From contig NC_043002.1 of the NCBI RefSeq assembly GCF_006345805.1, positions 90,396,001-90,460,000 of the forward strand: a stretch of DNA of 64,000 nucleotides, written 5' to 3'. Below the pieces are notes generated by a model that searched no databases, was not told where the DNA came from, and worked only from the letters and a program-made list of their open reading frames with translations. The stretch is from Octopus sinensis. Its lineage: Eukaryota. Both the position numbers and the translations under genes were made by a program. Positions 14,408 through 28,211 of this stretch are shown piece by piece (positions within the stretch are counted from its first letter, which is position 1; the number at the start of each line of letters is the position of its first letter).

Positions 14408-14669
14408 TAACCTCTCTGTCTATTTTTCTTCCTTCTTACCATCATTGTACATATTATGAGTATCTTATCTTTATTTTTCTTGTTATTTTTTGTATCTTTT
14501 GTAATATCTTTTTTTTTCCAATGATTAAAAATCTTTTAATTTTATTTTACTTTATTTTGGTGTTATATTTAAATTATCAAACAGGATTGGATGAAAAAAT
14601 TGCAATTTATTTCAGCTGAAATCAGTAAAATTTAATTCTCATAGTTTAATCACAAATAACTGCTTATAG

Positions 14670-14747
14670 CATTGTGTGTACATTATTGGAAATCTTTATC
14701 AAATTGTCTGCGATACTAGCCAAACTACATTGTGCTTCTTCACACAA
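14670..14747 (+). CDS. Candidate internal exon (IVCTLLEIFIKLSAILAKLHCASSH)
   Basis: Acceptor ctgcttatag, donor AA|GTAAAG; open amphipathic-helix-like frame; phase 2 exit fits 20926-20965. Confidence 0.33.
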
Positions 14748-15062
14748 GTAAAGAAATACTCTGATGCAAGCCCACACATCTTCATGCACGTACAAGATAC
14801 ATTTTTTTCCTTCTACAAAATATATAGTAACTACAGAAATAAATATTGGTACCTAATGTATAATATTACATATGGGGTGTTTCATAATGGACTTGGTTTT
14901 AAACTGGAGACTTGATTTTCTGGGAAGAAATTTAGAGAGTGTCAGTATGGCAATATTATCATTATTTATATATATATATGTGGTGATATTGCTATATGTG
15001 AGGAAATATTACTGTTATATCCCTTATGTGTGTGTGTGTTTGATAATATCCCTGGTACACAC

Positions 15063-15094
<32 letters not shown>

Positions 15095-15338
15095 GTAAAT
15101 ATAAATTTGTCATCATTATTTAACATCTATTTTCCATGCTGGCATGGCTGGGATGGTTTCACAGTAGCTAGCAAGCCAAGGGGCTGCACCGGGCTCCAAG
15201 CATCTGTTTTACCAGAGTGTAATGGATGCTGTTTATGTGATGCCAGCATGGGTGCTTTCTACATGATGCCAGAATGGGTCCCTTTTTATGTGGCACCGCA
15301 CACACACACACACACATACACAAGTGGAAGTTGAAATA

Positions 15339-15740
15339 GGTGCAGGAGTGGCTGTGTGGTAAGTAGCTTGCTAACCAACCACATGGTTCCGGGTTCAGTC
15401 CCACTGCGTGGCATCTTGGGCAAGTGTCTTCTGCTATAGCCTCTGGCCGACCAATGCCTTGTGAGTGGATTTGGTAGACGGAAACTGAAAGAAGCCTGTC
15501 GTATATATGTATATATATATATAAGTCTATGTGTTTGTGTGTCTGTGTTTGTTCCCCTAGCATTGCTTGACAACCGTTGCTGGTGTGTTTACGTCCCCGT
15601 CACTTAGTAGTTCGGCAAAAGAGACCGATAGAATAAGTACTGGGCTTACAAAGAATAAGTCCCGGGGTTGATTTGCTCGACTAAAGGCTGTGATCCAGCA
15701 TGGCCGCAGTCAAATGACTGAAACAAGTAAAAGAGAGAGA
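15339..15740 (+). mobile_element. SINE family A, young subfamily
   Basis: Nearly identical to 31227-31641, 29081-29487 and 49749-50155 outside the central microsatellite. Confidence 0.95.
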
Positions 15741-15906
15741 GAGATAAAGCTACAAATAATAGTGTTTAAAAAAAACATTGGATGGAAAAATTCAAAGGCT
15801 GTTCCCACATCTTTTATATACATGACAGACATTCTATCATTGAACCAAAGCAATATCCATAATATCATTGTTATATCTTAATGTAAGAGTTGTAAAGTAC
15901 ACAGTA

Positions 15907-16231
15907 AAAGGGTAAAGACCCCCTTCTGTTATGAAAGACAATGGGATTACACTTAGAAGGTTCCCCTTTGAGGCACATGTCCTGGCAAGATTTTTATAGA
16001 AGACCAGCAGTCAGCCATACATACCAGCCTCCCCTCTCCAGGCCACTGATGTTATCCAAATGAAAGGCTTAGCACCAGTGACATCACAACTCATTTCTAC
16101 AGCTGAGTTAACTGGAGTAACATGTAATAACATGTCTTGCTCAAGAACACAAAACACAGCCTGGTCTGGGAATCAAACTCATAACCTCATCATTGTGAGC
16201 CCGATGCTCTAACCACCGAGCCATTCACCTT
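15907..16231 (-). mobile_element. SINE family C
   Basis: Reverse homolog of 88-420, ending in GGGGGTCTTTACCCTTTT. Confidence 0.82.
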
Positions 16232-16268
16232 CACCAAAGTACATAGTGTGAGTGTGTGTGTATATATA

Positions 16269-16304
<36 letters not shown>

Positions 16305-16497
16305 TGTATGTATGTATGTATGTATATATATATATATATGTATAGGGAAAGTTTATGAAAAAAGCAAAAGATGAAGACAGGAGGTGTACAAAACAAACAG
16401 ATGTATTAGTATAATGCTCAGGAATAGAAAAAGTCATTTGTGGCTAATGATCTATCATGTTATATATATATATATGTACATATACATACATATATAT

Positions 16498-16554
<57 letters not shown>

Positions 16555-16795
16555 GTATATAGCCTATTCAGAGTTTCACCCTTCAACCATCAGTAAACAT
16601 TCAGTGTAGATTTTCCAATCTTTGATATAATAAATATCATATATATGTATATATGATAGTATCAGTGATAATGTTGTATTCTGATGTTATTAACCATTAT
16701 CATTAACATTAGCAGCTGTCTGAAAAGTAACATTGAGCTGTAACAAAGTACAGTGTTAACAACACTACTGTCTTATAATAATAATAATAATAAAC

Positions 16796-17581
16796 ATTGT
16801 GCAAAAGTGCTACACCCTAGCAGTTGAGGGAACCTGTGGAAGAGGTAGACCCAGGAAAACCTGGGACGAGGTGGTGAAGCACGACCTTCGAACTTTAGGT
16901 CTCACCAAGGAAATGACTAGAGACCGAGACCTATGGAAGTATGCTGTGCGTGAGAAGACCCGGCAAGACTAGTCAGGCCATAACCCATGGCCCCTACCTG
17001 GGACGTAGTCAGTCCACCTGTGCATACCTTCCTTTTTGTGACACTTGTGAAGACCTGTTGAGGCAAGTGAAAATCAAACTAAATCAAAATAGATGAACAT
17101 CAATGGAATTTGTATCTTTGTGGTACCAGTGCCGGTGGCACACAAGAAAACCATCCGAACATGGCCGTAGCCAGTACCGCATCGACTGGCCTCCGTGCTG
17201 TGGGCATGTAACAAACACCATCCGATCGTGGCCATTCGCCAGCCTCATCTGGCACCTGTATCGGTGGCACATAAAAAATACCATCCGAGCGTGGCCGTCT
17301 GCCAGCCTCGTCTGGCACCTGTGTTGGTGGCACATAAAAAACACCATCCGAGCGTGGCCGTTCGCCAGCCTCGTCTGGCACCTGTGTCAGTGGCACATAA
17401 AATCACCCACTACACTCTCGGAGTGGTTGGCGTTAGGAAGGGCATCCAGCTGTAGAAACACTGCCAGATCTGACTGGCTTGGTGCAGCCTTCGGGCTCCC
17501 CAGACCCCAGTTGAACCGTCCAACCCATGCTAGCATGGAAAGCAGACGTTAAATGATGATGATGATGATGATGATGATGAT
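16796..17581 (+). mobile_element. 5'-truncated RTE-clade LINE: ORF C-terminus, 3'UTR with ~64-bp tandem repeats, (GAT)n tail
   Basis: 16799-16972 encodes VQKCYTLAVEGTCGRGRPRKTWDEVVKHDLRTLGLTKEMTRDRDLWKYAVREKTRQD*, typical of RTE ORF ends; repeats at 17128-17400; tail 17553-17581. Confidence 0.92.
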
Positions 17582-17951
17582 TGTGTACAGTGCTCAGGTG
17601 CACTACAACTCATCTAAAGTGTATGTATAATCAGGTGTAGTTTCGGCGGATTTCGGAAAGCATGAGGGCCTTAAAGGGGGTTTCATAATGGACTTGTTGG
17701 TTTTAAACTGGAGACTTGATTTTCTGGGAAGAAATTTAGGGAGTGACAGTATGGCAATATTATCATTATTTATATATATATGTTTATATATATATATTTA
17801 TATATATATATATATATAGTCTTCAGCAATAACATCAATTTCTTTGTTTGTAAGAACCATAACTACTACAACAACATCATATTGCTCCATCTCTACTCAG
17901 CTCACTCTATTCACACATTTCCTCATACATGATACCAGCTTCCTGTTTTAA

Positions 17952-18358
17952 AGGAGTGGCTGTGTGGTAAGTAGCTTGTTTACCAACCACATGGTTCCGG
18001 GTTCAGTCCCACTGTGTGGCACCTTGGGCAAGTGTCTTCTACTATAGTCTCAGGCCGACCAAAGCCTTGTGAGTGGATTTGGTAGACGGAAACTGAAAGA
18101 AGCCCATCGTATATATGTATATATATATATATATATGTGTGCGTGTATATTTGTGTTTGTCCCCCTAGCATTGCTTGACAACCAATGCTGGTGTGTTTAC
18201 GTCCCCGTCACTTAGCGGTTCGGCAAAAGGGACCGATAGAATAAGTACTGGGCTTACAAAGAATAAGTCCCAGGGTCGAGTTGTTTGATTAAAGGCGGTG
18301 CTCCAGCATGGCCGCAGTCAAATGACTGAAACAAGTAAAAGAGTAAAGAGTAAAGAGT
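17952..18358 (+). mobile_element. SINE family A, young
   Basis: Full length with (GTAAAGA)n tail. Confidence 0.95.
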
Positions 18359-18404
18359 ATCAAAATTCCATGTTAATCTATGTTCCAAACCCAAGATTAA
18401 TAAC

Positions 18405-18815
18405 CTCTTTTACTCTTTTACTTGTTTCAGTCATTTGAGTGTGGACATGCTGGAGCGCCACCTTTAGTTGAGCAAATCAACCACAGGACTTATTCTTTGT
18501 AAGCCTAGTACTTATTCTATCGGTCTATTTTGCCGAACTGCTAGGTTATGGGGATGTAAACACACCACCATCAGTTGTGAAGTGATGGTGGGGGGACAAA
18601 CACAGACACACAACCATATACACACACATACATATATATATATATATACATATATACGATGGGCTTCCATCAGTTTCTATCTACCAAATCCATTCACAAA
18701 GCATTGGTCAGCCCGAGGCTATAGCAGAAGACACTTGCCCAAGGTGCCCTGCTGTGGGAATGAACCTGGAACCATGTGATTGGTAAGCAAGCTACTTACC
18801 ACACAGCCACTCCTG
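18405..18815 (-). mobile_element. SINE family A, tail-to-tail with 17952-18358
   Basis: Full-length minus copy 46 bp downstream of the plus copy. Confidence 0.93.
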
Positions 18816-19405
18816 AAGAATTTATTTTACTAAATTCTTCTTTATTTTCAGAATTAATTGAAACAAAAGGTAGTGTACAGGTGCAGGTGGGGGCTGTGTG
18901 GTAGGAAGCTTGCTTCTCAACCACATAGTTCCAGGTTCAGTTCCATTGCATGGCACCTTTGGCAAGTGTCTTCTACTATAGCCTTGGGCCAACCAGTGTG
19001 GATTTAGTAGATGGAAACTGAAAGAAGCCCATCATATATATATATATATATATAAATGATAAAAAAAAATATATATATGATGGGCTTTTTTGTCAACTTC
19101 TGATATAAAAACACTCCTGTCACAACCTGGGACCTTGAAGACTGCTTTAATGCAAGAAAGTATACTAGTCCCTTAATATTTGATATTCAATATTTCGTTT
19201 ATTCAATAAGACAATCAATACTTCATTTCATTTTACTATATATACTATTTATACTATATATTCTATATTCTACATTAATATTATAAAGAATATATAAAAC
19301 ATGAAAAACAGACAGAGTTGGAATTCCTTTGAATAAATATGTCCCTCAATACACAATCATACAAACCCCTTTTATTTTAATATATAATATAATATATATT
19401 ATTCC

Positions 19406-19464
<59 letters not shown>

Positions 19465-19480
19465 ATCTATCTATCTATCT

Positions 19481-19515
<35 letters not shown>

Positions 19516-19973
19516 TATATATATATGTTTATATTTATGTGTGTGTGTCTTTGTGTGTGTGTCCCCACCCACCACCACCATTGCTTGACAACCAATGTTG
19601 GTGTGCCTATGTTGCCATAACCTAGTGGTTTGGCAAAAGAGATTGATAGAATAAATACCAGGTTTACAAAGAATAAATCCTGGGGGTTGATTTCTTTGAC
19701 TAAAACCCTTTATACTGCTTGGCTGCAGTATAAAATAGCTGAAACAAGTGAAAGAATAATTTCAACAGAAATATGGTAACAAGTGGACAAAATAGTTTGT
19801 CCAAAACCTAAAGTGGGATGATGCAATATTGCTGATGATAGGAGGAGAAATGTGTGTTGAGGGTGAGTTGTGTAGAGGTGGAGCAAGATGACTGGTCATC
19901 TTCAAGGAGCAGACATCATTGTAGCAGTGGTAGAAAAGTCGCAAAGAGGGGACAGCATGTCAGTAGACTAGTT

Positions 19974-20176
19974 CTTCTTCTTTTCTTCTTCTTACAGCAT
20001 TCACCCGGGGTGGGTTGAGCTGGCTTCATTCATCCTCAATGCTGCATCTCTCACAAACGCAGACCAGGCCTGGCGATTTGAGGCTAACGACCGTGGGATC
20101 TCCAACCACTCATTATTCCAGTGGCGAACGCCATAGATATGGGGACTTAGGATCCTTCAAATATTCCTCATGTATT
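19974..20176 (-). mobile_element. 5'-truncated RTE-clade LINE with (GAA)n tail and 11-bp TSD
   Basis: GTAGACTAGTT at 19963-19973 and 20177-20187; minus frame SPHIYGVRHWNNEWLEIPRSLASNRQAWSAFVRDAALRMNEASSTHPG*; (GAA)n tail. The clade call is by motif resemblance. Confidence 0.82.
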
Positions 20177-20306
20177 GTAGACTAGTTGTTAAATTGGAGT
20201 TTAGAGTTCAAATGTTACTGTAGATAAAACTACACAACTCTAGGAAGTCGTTTATGTCTTTAACCCCCGCTTCAAACACATGCATGCATACACAGATGCA
20301 TGTGCA

Positions 20307-20349
<43 letters not shown>

Positions 20350-20925
20350 ACACACGCAACCTGAAGTGTGTAAAATCCAATAATAAAGTACTGTGTGTTT
20401 GGAGTACAAATACACTGATCTGTCATCAAAAGTATCAGTGTTTCATAAAGAATTGTGAATTTGTGCTGTATCACTGTATCACTGCCATTGTGTTGCAATT
20501 TTGGTAAATTTACTAAGTATCTCCTCCCTTCCACTGTCCATCGAAGAGGGTTAGACAGTAGTGAGAACAATTCTTCAGATGATGCCAAACTAACTGTAAA
20601 CTGATGTGTACTTTTGGTGCTTTATGATGCCAAAATCAATTTTCTCTTACACAAGAATAAATAAATGAGCATTGGCATCATTTGTAACAGGAATCACCAT
20701 TTACTATAACAACAACAACAACAACAACAACAGTGCACCCATCAACAATAATAACAATTTACGTATCCCTAAAAACTAGCTAAGCTACTGTAGCATTTAG
20801 CTAAACACATTAATATATATCCAATTCAACAACCTCATAGTTGTCGAAATGAGCTGTAATGTCTCTGACATATTACTATATATATGCTTGACTTGCTAAC
20901 TGCAGTTAAATCTTTGTTTCAACAG

Positions 20926-20965
20926 GAAAAACCAACTGATAGAGCTTTTCCTGAGAACTGCGAAG
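20926..20965 (+). CDS. Candidate internal exon (KNQLIELFLRTAK)
   Basis: Acceptor tctttgtttcaacag, donor AAG|GTGTGA. Confidence 0.33.
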
Positions 20966-21754
20966 GTGTGAACATATTTCAGACATTTGCTATACTTCTC
21001 TTTTTTGTTTACTTCCTAACCTCAGAATTATAGTTTCACAACTTGCGTATTCTTGTGCCATGAAACATGCTGTTTTGATGACTTCTAACATCAGAATATA
21101 AGCAGTGAACTGACAAACCAGAAATACAGTTTGGAAATAACCTAATTGAGTTTGGCAAATTTGATACCTACTTAACTGCAAGCCTGCCAAGGTTGAGAAA
21201 CTGAGATAACATTGACAATGGGAATATTTTCTTTTATCTCTTACTTATTTCAGTCATGGTGGCTATACTGGAGCTCTTCTTTGAAGGGTTTAGTTGAATG
21301 AATCAACCCCAGTACTTATTCTGTCAGTCAAGAGACTGCCAAATTTCTAAGCTACTGGGATATAAACAAACCAACACCAAATGTCAAGCAATGTTGGGGA
21401 TAAATATAAACACAAGTTTGTCTGGGGCTGTAGTAGAAAGATAGTTGCTCAAGGTGCCATACAGTGGGACTGAACCTAGAATCATTTTGAGAAGCAAATG
21501 TCTAACCACATGGCCACATAGAATTAAGAATTTAGCATTTTTCTGTAAAAATTGTTCTTCATGTTTGGAATATTAAATGATAGTATGATTGTGATGATTT
21601 AGTTAGCATTTCTTCTCATGTGAGACAATCCAGGGTTGTTTTCTTTGCATACAATAAATGCAGTTGTGCTGGCTTAAATCTTTAGCATTTAGATTACTCT
21701 GTCAAATATAATGCTTGTGCTGATCTCTAATGCACCATGAGGAGCCGATCTCTA

Positions 21755-22232
21755 ATTGTAAAAGGAACATGGAAGGGGTAGACCCAGGAAAACGTGGGAC
21801 AAAGTGGTGAGAAAAGATCTACAGATATTGGGATTCACTGAGAGGATGACAGGGGACTGAGGCTCCTGGCAGTTCACTGTGCTTGAGAAAACACACCAAG
21901 CCAAGTAAAAGAGTGGCTGTCATTGTATACAGGCTTGTTCCTTCTCCAGTTGAGCATTCCTAATTTTGTGGGCTTGTGGGTGCTGGTGCCATGTAAAAAG
22001 CACCCGTACTGGTGCTATGTAAACACACCTGTGCTGGTGCTGTGTATAAGCATCCAGTACACTCTGTAAAGTGGTTGGTGTTAGGAAGGGCATCCAGCCA
22101 TAGAAACTATGCCTAAACAGACATGGAATCTAGGCAGCTCCTCAGCTGGCCAGCTCCTCAGTAGGCCAGCTCCTGTCAAACCGTCCAACCGATGGCAGCA
22201 TGGAAAACCGGCATTAAATGATGATGATGATT
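21755..22232 (+). mobile_element. Older RTE-clade LINE 3' fragment with ~27-bp repeat units in the 3'UTR
   Basis: GRPRKTWDKVVRKDLQILGFTERMT remnant; GTGCTGGTGCCATGTAAAAAGCAC units; (GAT)n tail. Confidence 0.85.
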
Positions 22233-23059
22233 TCAATTAATCATGCATTATCTTGTAGCTTTGAGATTTAAATGGTGTGATTGTTTACTGTTTAGAATGA
22301 AATTGTATGGTAAGGTGTTAGAGGCTAGATGGCAAGGCCAGTTTGAACATAAAAAAGGCAGAATATTTTGGCTGGATATGGTGGCCGATTTAAATGTTGA
22401 AGAGTTAATGGACAACAATTTGGTGTCATCATCATCCTCATCATTATTGCCACTTAATGTCCACCTTCCATGCTGGCATGGGTTTAAATGAAAAACCCTT
22501 ACCTCATATTCCATCACATATATTACTGTACCCTACTGTACTATATATCTCCTACATCCATTTAATTGGCAATAGCATTGGTTAAAAGCAAAATGAGAAC
22601 ATCTTAGAGTGAAACCTCAAACTGGAAGCTGACAACTTAATTGTTGACTGTATTTTAAATTGAACCATTTCATTCGCAGAAAAACAAAATAGAATGTAAG
22701 TGATAAAAAGTTTGCTGATTATAGTGTTTTCATTATTTATTTCTCTAACTTTAAATAATTTGGATCAGTTGAAGTAAACAAATTCATTTAATAAACTCAA
22801 GAAACTAGCAGACTTCTATTTATAAAGTAAAATCCAATATGAATGTAGCTAGACTGAAGGAAGTTAATCACTGTGTTTCAATTAACAAACAAATAAAGTT
22901 AGAAATATTCTAATTAAAAAAGAATGAAAATAAAAGAAAATGGCTCCAGTCTGTGTATTAGGATAAATACACAGATGTTGGATTTGATTCTTGTGATTGT
23001 AGTTGGATAAAAGACAGTTCCATGATTGGCTATAGAAAACGAGAAGCAAGCAGAATAAT

Positions 23060-23060
23060 G

Positions 23061-23109
<49 letters not shown>

Positions 23110-23245
23110 GAAGAAGAAGAAGAAGAAGAGAAGAAGAAGAAGAAGAAGAAGGAGAAGAAGAAGGAGAAGAAGAAGAAGAAGAAAAAGAAGAAGAATATTA
23201 ATAATAATAATAATAATAACAACAATAACAGTAATAATTATCATT
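23060..23245. repeat. Compound (TAA)n(GAA)n(TAA)n microsatellite
   Basis: Directly visible. Confidence 0.95.
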
Positions 23246-23917
23246 GTCATCATCATCCTTTAACATCTGCGTTGATACACACACACACACACAGATGTGT
23301 GTGTGTGTATGTGTATGTATATATATATATATGTGTGTACGTATATATACACACACATATCCATACATGTATACATACACACAAACACACACACTCACAC
23401 AACAAACACACACTCACACATGCACACACACACACACACATGCACACACACACACACATGCGCACACACACACACACACACATGCACATACTGCAAGAAT
23501 GAACTTCACTCAAAGTTTGTATTAATTAAGCAAACCTCTTTGCTTACTTGCAGGCAGGCAAGCAGGAAGCTATGAAATATTTATCAAAATAATTAAACAG
23601 TAAACAGTCATTAGAAATACTGAAACATCACTTAGAACTGATTTATCCTAGCATAGCATTTCAGTATACACATTGGTTATTATGCTGGAAGGGTTAATTT
23701 ATCATATCATGAGAGATTATTGATTATGAAAGTATGACTAGTGATTATATTCCTGGAATGAAGGTGATATGATTGAAATATTTGTGATTGTGGCTGTCAG
23801 AGACAAATTGAATTCTTGCATGTTCTTTAAATGATTTTAAATACTCGAGAACTTAAATGATAAATGTAATGGTTGTAATATTGCATAATGAAGTTAACGA
23901 ATCACTAATGTAAGATG

Positions 23918-24280
23918 CTGGCATAGCTGTGTGGTAAGAAGCTTGCTTCCCTACCAACTACATGGTTTCAGGTTCAGTCTCACTGTATGGCACCTTGGGC
24001 AAGAGTCTACTATTCCAGCCCCAGGCTGACGAAAGCCTTGTGAGTGAATTTGATTGATGGAAACTGAAAGAAGCCTATATGTGTGTGTGTTTGTCCCTTG
24101 CCACTGCTTGGCAACTGGTGTTGGTTTGTTTACATCCCTGTAACTTAGTGGCTTACCAGGCTTACAAATGAAATATTTTTTAAAATTAAAAACAGTACTG
24201 GGGTCCATGTGTTCAACCGAACTTCTTCAAGGAGGTGCCCCAGTATGGCTGTGACTGAATGGCTGAAACAAATAAATGAT
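23918..24280 (+). mobile_element. SINE family A, old copy
   Basis: Diverged head and tail motifs. Confidence 0.8.
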
Positions 24281-24777
24281 GAAGCTAAATTAAAATATAC
24301 AAATGGCATTCAACCGTAAAATCCCAGACTGGAGTGTGGTGCAGCTCCCCTGCTTGCCCACTCTGGTCATATCATCAAATCCATGCCAGCATGAGCAACA
24401 GACATTAAATGATGATGATGATGATGACGATGACTTTCAGCATTGTAGAGTCAAGTTGCTTGAGCGAAATTTAATAGTTTAAACCACACTACATCATTGT
24501 ACATTATTTTGCTTCCATTCAGAAATTGGTATCAATACTATTTAATAGCCGTGTGACTGGTATTGAGAAATAAAATCCATTTTTAGAATTCATCTTTCAC
24601 CAACTCATATTCATGCAAAAATGCTAATTTGTAAAACTTATAAAATCTATGGAGAAATTCCATGAAAATGTGTGGAAAGAAAATGTAATTTGTATGAAAA
24701 TGTTTTATTTGTATATTTATTATAGAGGAACACCAATGATTAAAATATCTGCTTCACTCTTGATTCTTGTTCTCCAG

Positions 24778-24869
24778 ACGAATTTTGAATATATTTCTGA
24801 GAGATGACCTTTTTTCTTTTCCTATAATGCAAATGTCAACAGCTACAGCCATATCTATTCTTGTAAAAT
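24778..24869 (+). CDS. Candidate internal exon (RILNIFLRDDLFSFPIMQMSTATAISILVK)
   Basis: Strong acceptor cttgattcttgttctccag, strong donor AAAT|GTGAGA, 30 open codons in unique sequence. Best exon candidate in the window. Confidence 0.5.
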
Positions 24870-25601
24870 GTGAGAAACCAGGATAAATATTTCTGAAACT
24901 ATCAAAAATGAAAAATGTTTCGCTTTCCATCCCTTCAGGGTTGATAAAAAAATTGTACCAGTTGAACACTGGGGTCAATGTAATCATGAAATTTCTGGCC
25001 TTGTTCCTGTAATAGAAAGGATTATTATCATTATTATTATTATTAAATCTCACTGATGTTAACTTTTCCATTCACCCTTTCAGGGCCAGTAAGTATCAAT
25101 TGAATAGTGGCTTGATATGATCAGCTTCACCCAAATCCTAAACTAAGTTCTAGTGCCTATGTTAGAAAATCAGTTCTCTGCTGCAGTGAATCTCTCAGTC
25201 AGGCTGACAATAACCAATACATTGTCCACACTTATAAATAACCATGGAGGGTTTTACAATGTCCACACTTATAAATAAATGTTGAAAGTTTTGCTTCTAC
25301 TTTACCCATGTAGAACAAAAGAAAGAAAAAAATATGAGAGAAATAAAGGAAGATAATAAACTCATGAGTTGTGAATTCATATCTTAGTGCAAGCATTCCA
25401 TTGTGCTTCTGTTAACCTAGCTGGGGAATAGGTATCAGTTTTGCTAAGACAGAATAGTAATATTTATTCCAAAGTGGATTTATCACAGCACTATGCATAT
25501 ATATATATATATATTGATAGATTTATGCATTTATATACATAGATTTATATATATATATATATGCATTTATATACATAGATTTACATATATATATATATAT
25601 G

Positions 25602-25657
<56 letters not shown>

Positions 25658-25680
25658 AAAGAGATTTAATATATATATAT

Positions 25681-25711
<31 letters not shown>

Positions 25712-26215
25712 CTGTGTTAAATCTCTTCTTTTTCTTGTTATGGTTGACTGGCATCAGAGATTGGACAGTGTAGTCAAAGCACTGTCATAAATGTATTGTT
25801 GCTAAAATTGGTAGCTTGGATCACAGGAATCAGGTGCTAGAGATTCCACTAAGTTTAAATTGGTCAGAGTGTGGTGGGTCAGAGTATGGTTGTATACTAG
25901 CCCTACCTACAATGCACTCGCTGGCAGTTCAGTGGGACAATGAAGATGTTTGTTTTGTTTTGTTTTATTTTGTTTCTTTTTGTACAACTTTCATATTTTG
26001 CATACAAGAGAAATTAGATTAATAGATAAACGAACTTCTTCGAAACCACAAAGACCATACTGTGATTAGTAATTCTTGCCATAATAAAATAATAAAGGAA
26101 TCAATGAAAATAGAAGTAGAAAACACAGCATAGTGAGATTTCTTGAGAATTTGTATGGCAGACATGAAATGTGTGTGTCAGAGAGAGAGAGAGAGGGGGG
26201 TGGGAGGAAGGGAGG

Positions 26216-26263
<48 letters not shown>

Positions 26264-26453
26264 ATGGAGGAGGACAGATGGGATTCTTCCTATTAATCTA
26301 TTTCTGGAAAGAATTCTATCAAGAGAACTGAAAAGTGATGCATAAAGAAATTCTAGTATTTTCTTTTTCACTGACAGAAGAAATGTATATATATATATAT
26401 GCATATATTATATATATTATATATATAATATATATATATATGTATGTATATAT

Positions 26454-26489
<36 letters not shown>

Positions 26490-26652
26490 TGTATATATGC
26501 ATTGTGAGTTTGTAACAAAAATACGACAAAAAAATCAGGGCAGCTGCTACCTATGTCCTGAAGTAGGCTTTTATTACATTTCTACAGAAACTATATATCT
26601 ATAAATGTTCTACTACACACACTGAAACAGTTATACACACAAGCACATATTA

Positions 26653-26684
<32 letters not shown>

Positions 26685-26732
26685 CGTATATGTATGTATA
26701 TGTATACAGATATATATATATATATATATATG

Positions 26733-26771
<39 letters not shown>

Positions 26772-26795
26772 GTATGTATATATATATATATGTGT

Positions 26796-27101
26796 GGAGG
26801 CACAATGGCCTAGTGGTTAGGGCAGCGGACTCGCGGTTGCAGGATCGCGGTTTCGATTCCCAGACCGGGCGTTGTGAGTGTTTATTGAGTGAAAACACCT
26901 AAAAGCTCCACGAGGCTCCGACAGGGGGTGGTGATCCCTGCTGTACTCTTTCACCACTCTTTCTCCCACTCTTTCTTCTGTCGGCCTGCTCGCTTAGCCA
27001 GCGGGGCAGCGTCATTCAAAGGCTAAAACAATGCGAACGCATTGTGACCAGCGATGTGTAACTACATCTGATGGTCTGGTCGGTCACGTGATCACGTGAT
27101 A
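26796..27101 (+). mobile_element. CpG-rich young tRNA-headed SINE (family D) with (CACGTGAT)n tail
   Basis: A-box TGGCCTAGTGGTTAG, B-box GGTTTCGATTCCC, tail GGTCGGTCACGTGATCACGTGATA; embedded in (TA)n. Confidence 0.88.
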
Positions 27102-27116
27102 TATATATGTATGTAT

Positions 27117-27162
<46 letters not shown>

Positions 27163-28211
27163 GTATATACATATGTATGTATATATATATATATATATAT
27201 ACATATATATATACATATATATATATGTATATGTATATGTATGTATATGTATACACATATACATATATGTTTGTATATATATATATATATATATACATAC
27301 ATATACATACATCTGTGAGTCTTTATACACACACCCAAACATGCATGTGTGGTGTAATGTAAAATGTAGTGACTATAAAATACACTGACATTTATTTATA
27401 CGTTCAGTGTGACAATATTTATAGGAATATCTTCGATTCTGAATCTCCTCTATGTATTACTGAAACCACTGTATCATTAAATGAATTTATACAATTTAGT
27501 TAAGACACGTAAAAGGAGTTGGTAGGAACTTCATATGGTTCGTAAGGTGTGCCTAATGTAAACCATGGCTGTACAAAAGGTGCTGCAGGCTCACATGTTG
27601 ACTGGAAGTATAAAAGAGGAGTTCATGTGTGGCAAACATGCAGGTGCAATTGGCAAGATATAAATTCCTTTGATAGCTCAGAGGGCGTCCTAAAGAGTAA
27701 TTGTCAGTTTCTGTTACCTTGGTGGCCTAATTATCAGCTGAGGAGATTGTTGATTGTGCATAGTAGCCAAAGTTAAAATGGGGAGGAAACAAAAAAATGT
27801 TTAGAGTGCTATTACTTCCACTGGCAACAAAAGATTACTTTCCCTAATTGAAGAATTGGCATGGCTGGGTGGTAAGAAGCTTGCTTCCAAACCACATGGT
27901 TTCAAGTTCAGTCCCACTGCATGGCCCCTTAAGTGAATGGAAACCTTCCATAGGTGAATGCTAGCTCAGTCCTTGCTGCTCCACTCAGAAAAATCTTACA
28001 GGCTAAGGAGTAAAATTCTTGTGACCCTGAAATACATGCTGATGATATAGAAGGGTGTCCAGCATCACAATGGATTTAGAAGAGCATGCAAGACCTCAGT
28101 AGTTCCTACAGTTTCTGTGTGGGACAAAAGCATCTCTGATGTTTATTTCACCTATTCTGGTCTAAAAGAGGAAGCTTTGTCTCTGGAATACATTTCAAGT
28201 TATATTATGAA

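Noticed and set aside
20208-20588. Minus-strand ORF MASSEELFSLL... as an alsin/PH-like exon; also VKEGYL at ~8170-8200
   Set aside because: The similarity is only a few residues from memory, it conflicts with the + strand exon candidates, and nothing else supports it.
22243-22491. ORF MKLYGKVLEARWQGQFEHKKGRIFWLDMVADL
   Set aside because: It resembles a decayed LINE ORF C-terminus running into a (TCA)n tract, not a host gene.
88-27101. tRNA genes
   Set aside because: A/B boxes are present but run directly into SINE bodies; no complete cloverleaf with an acceptor stem was found.
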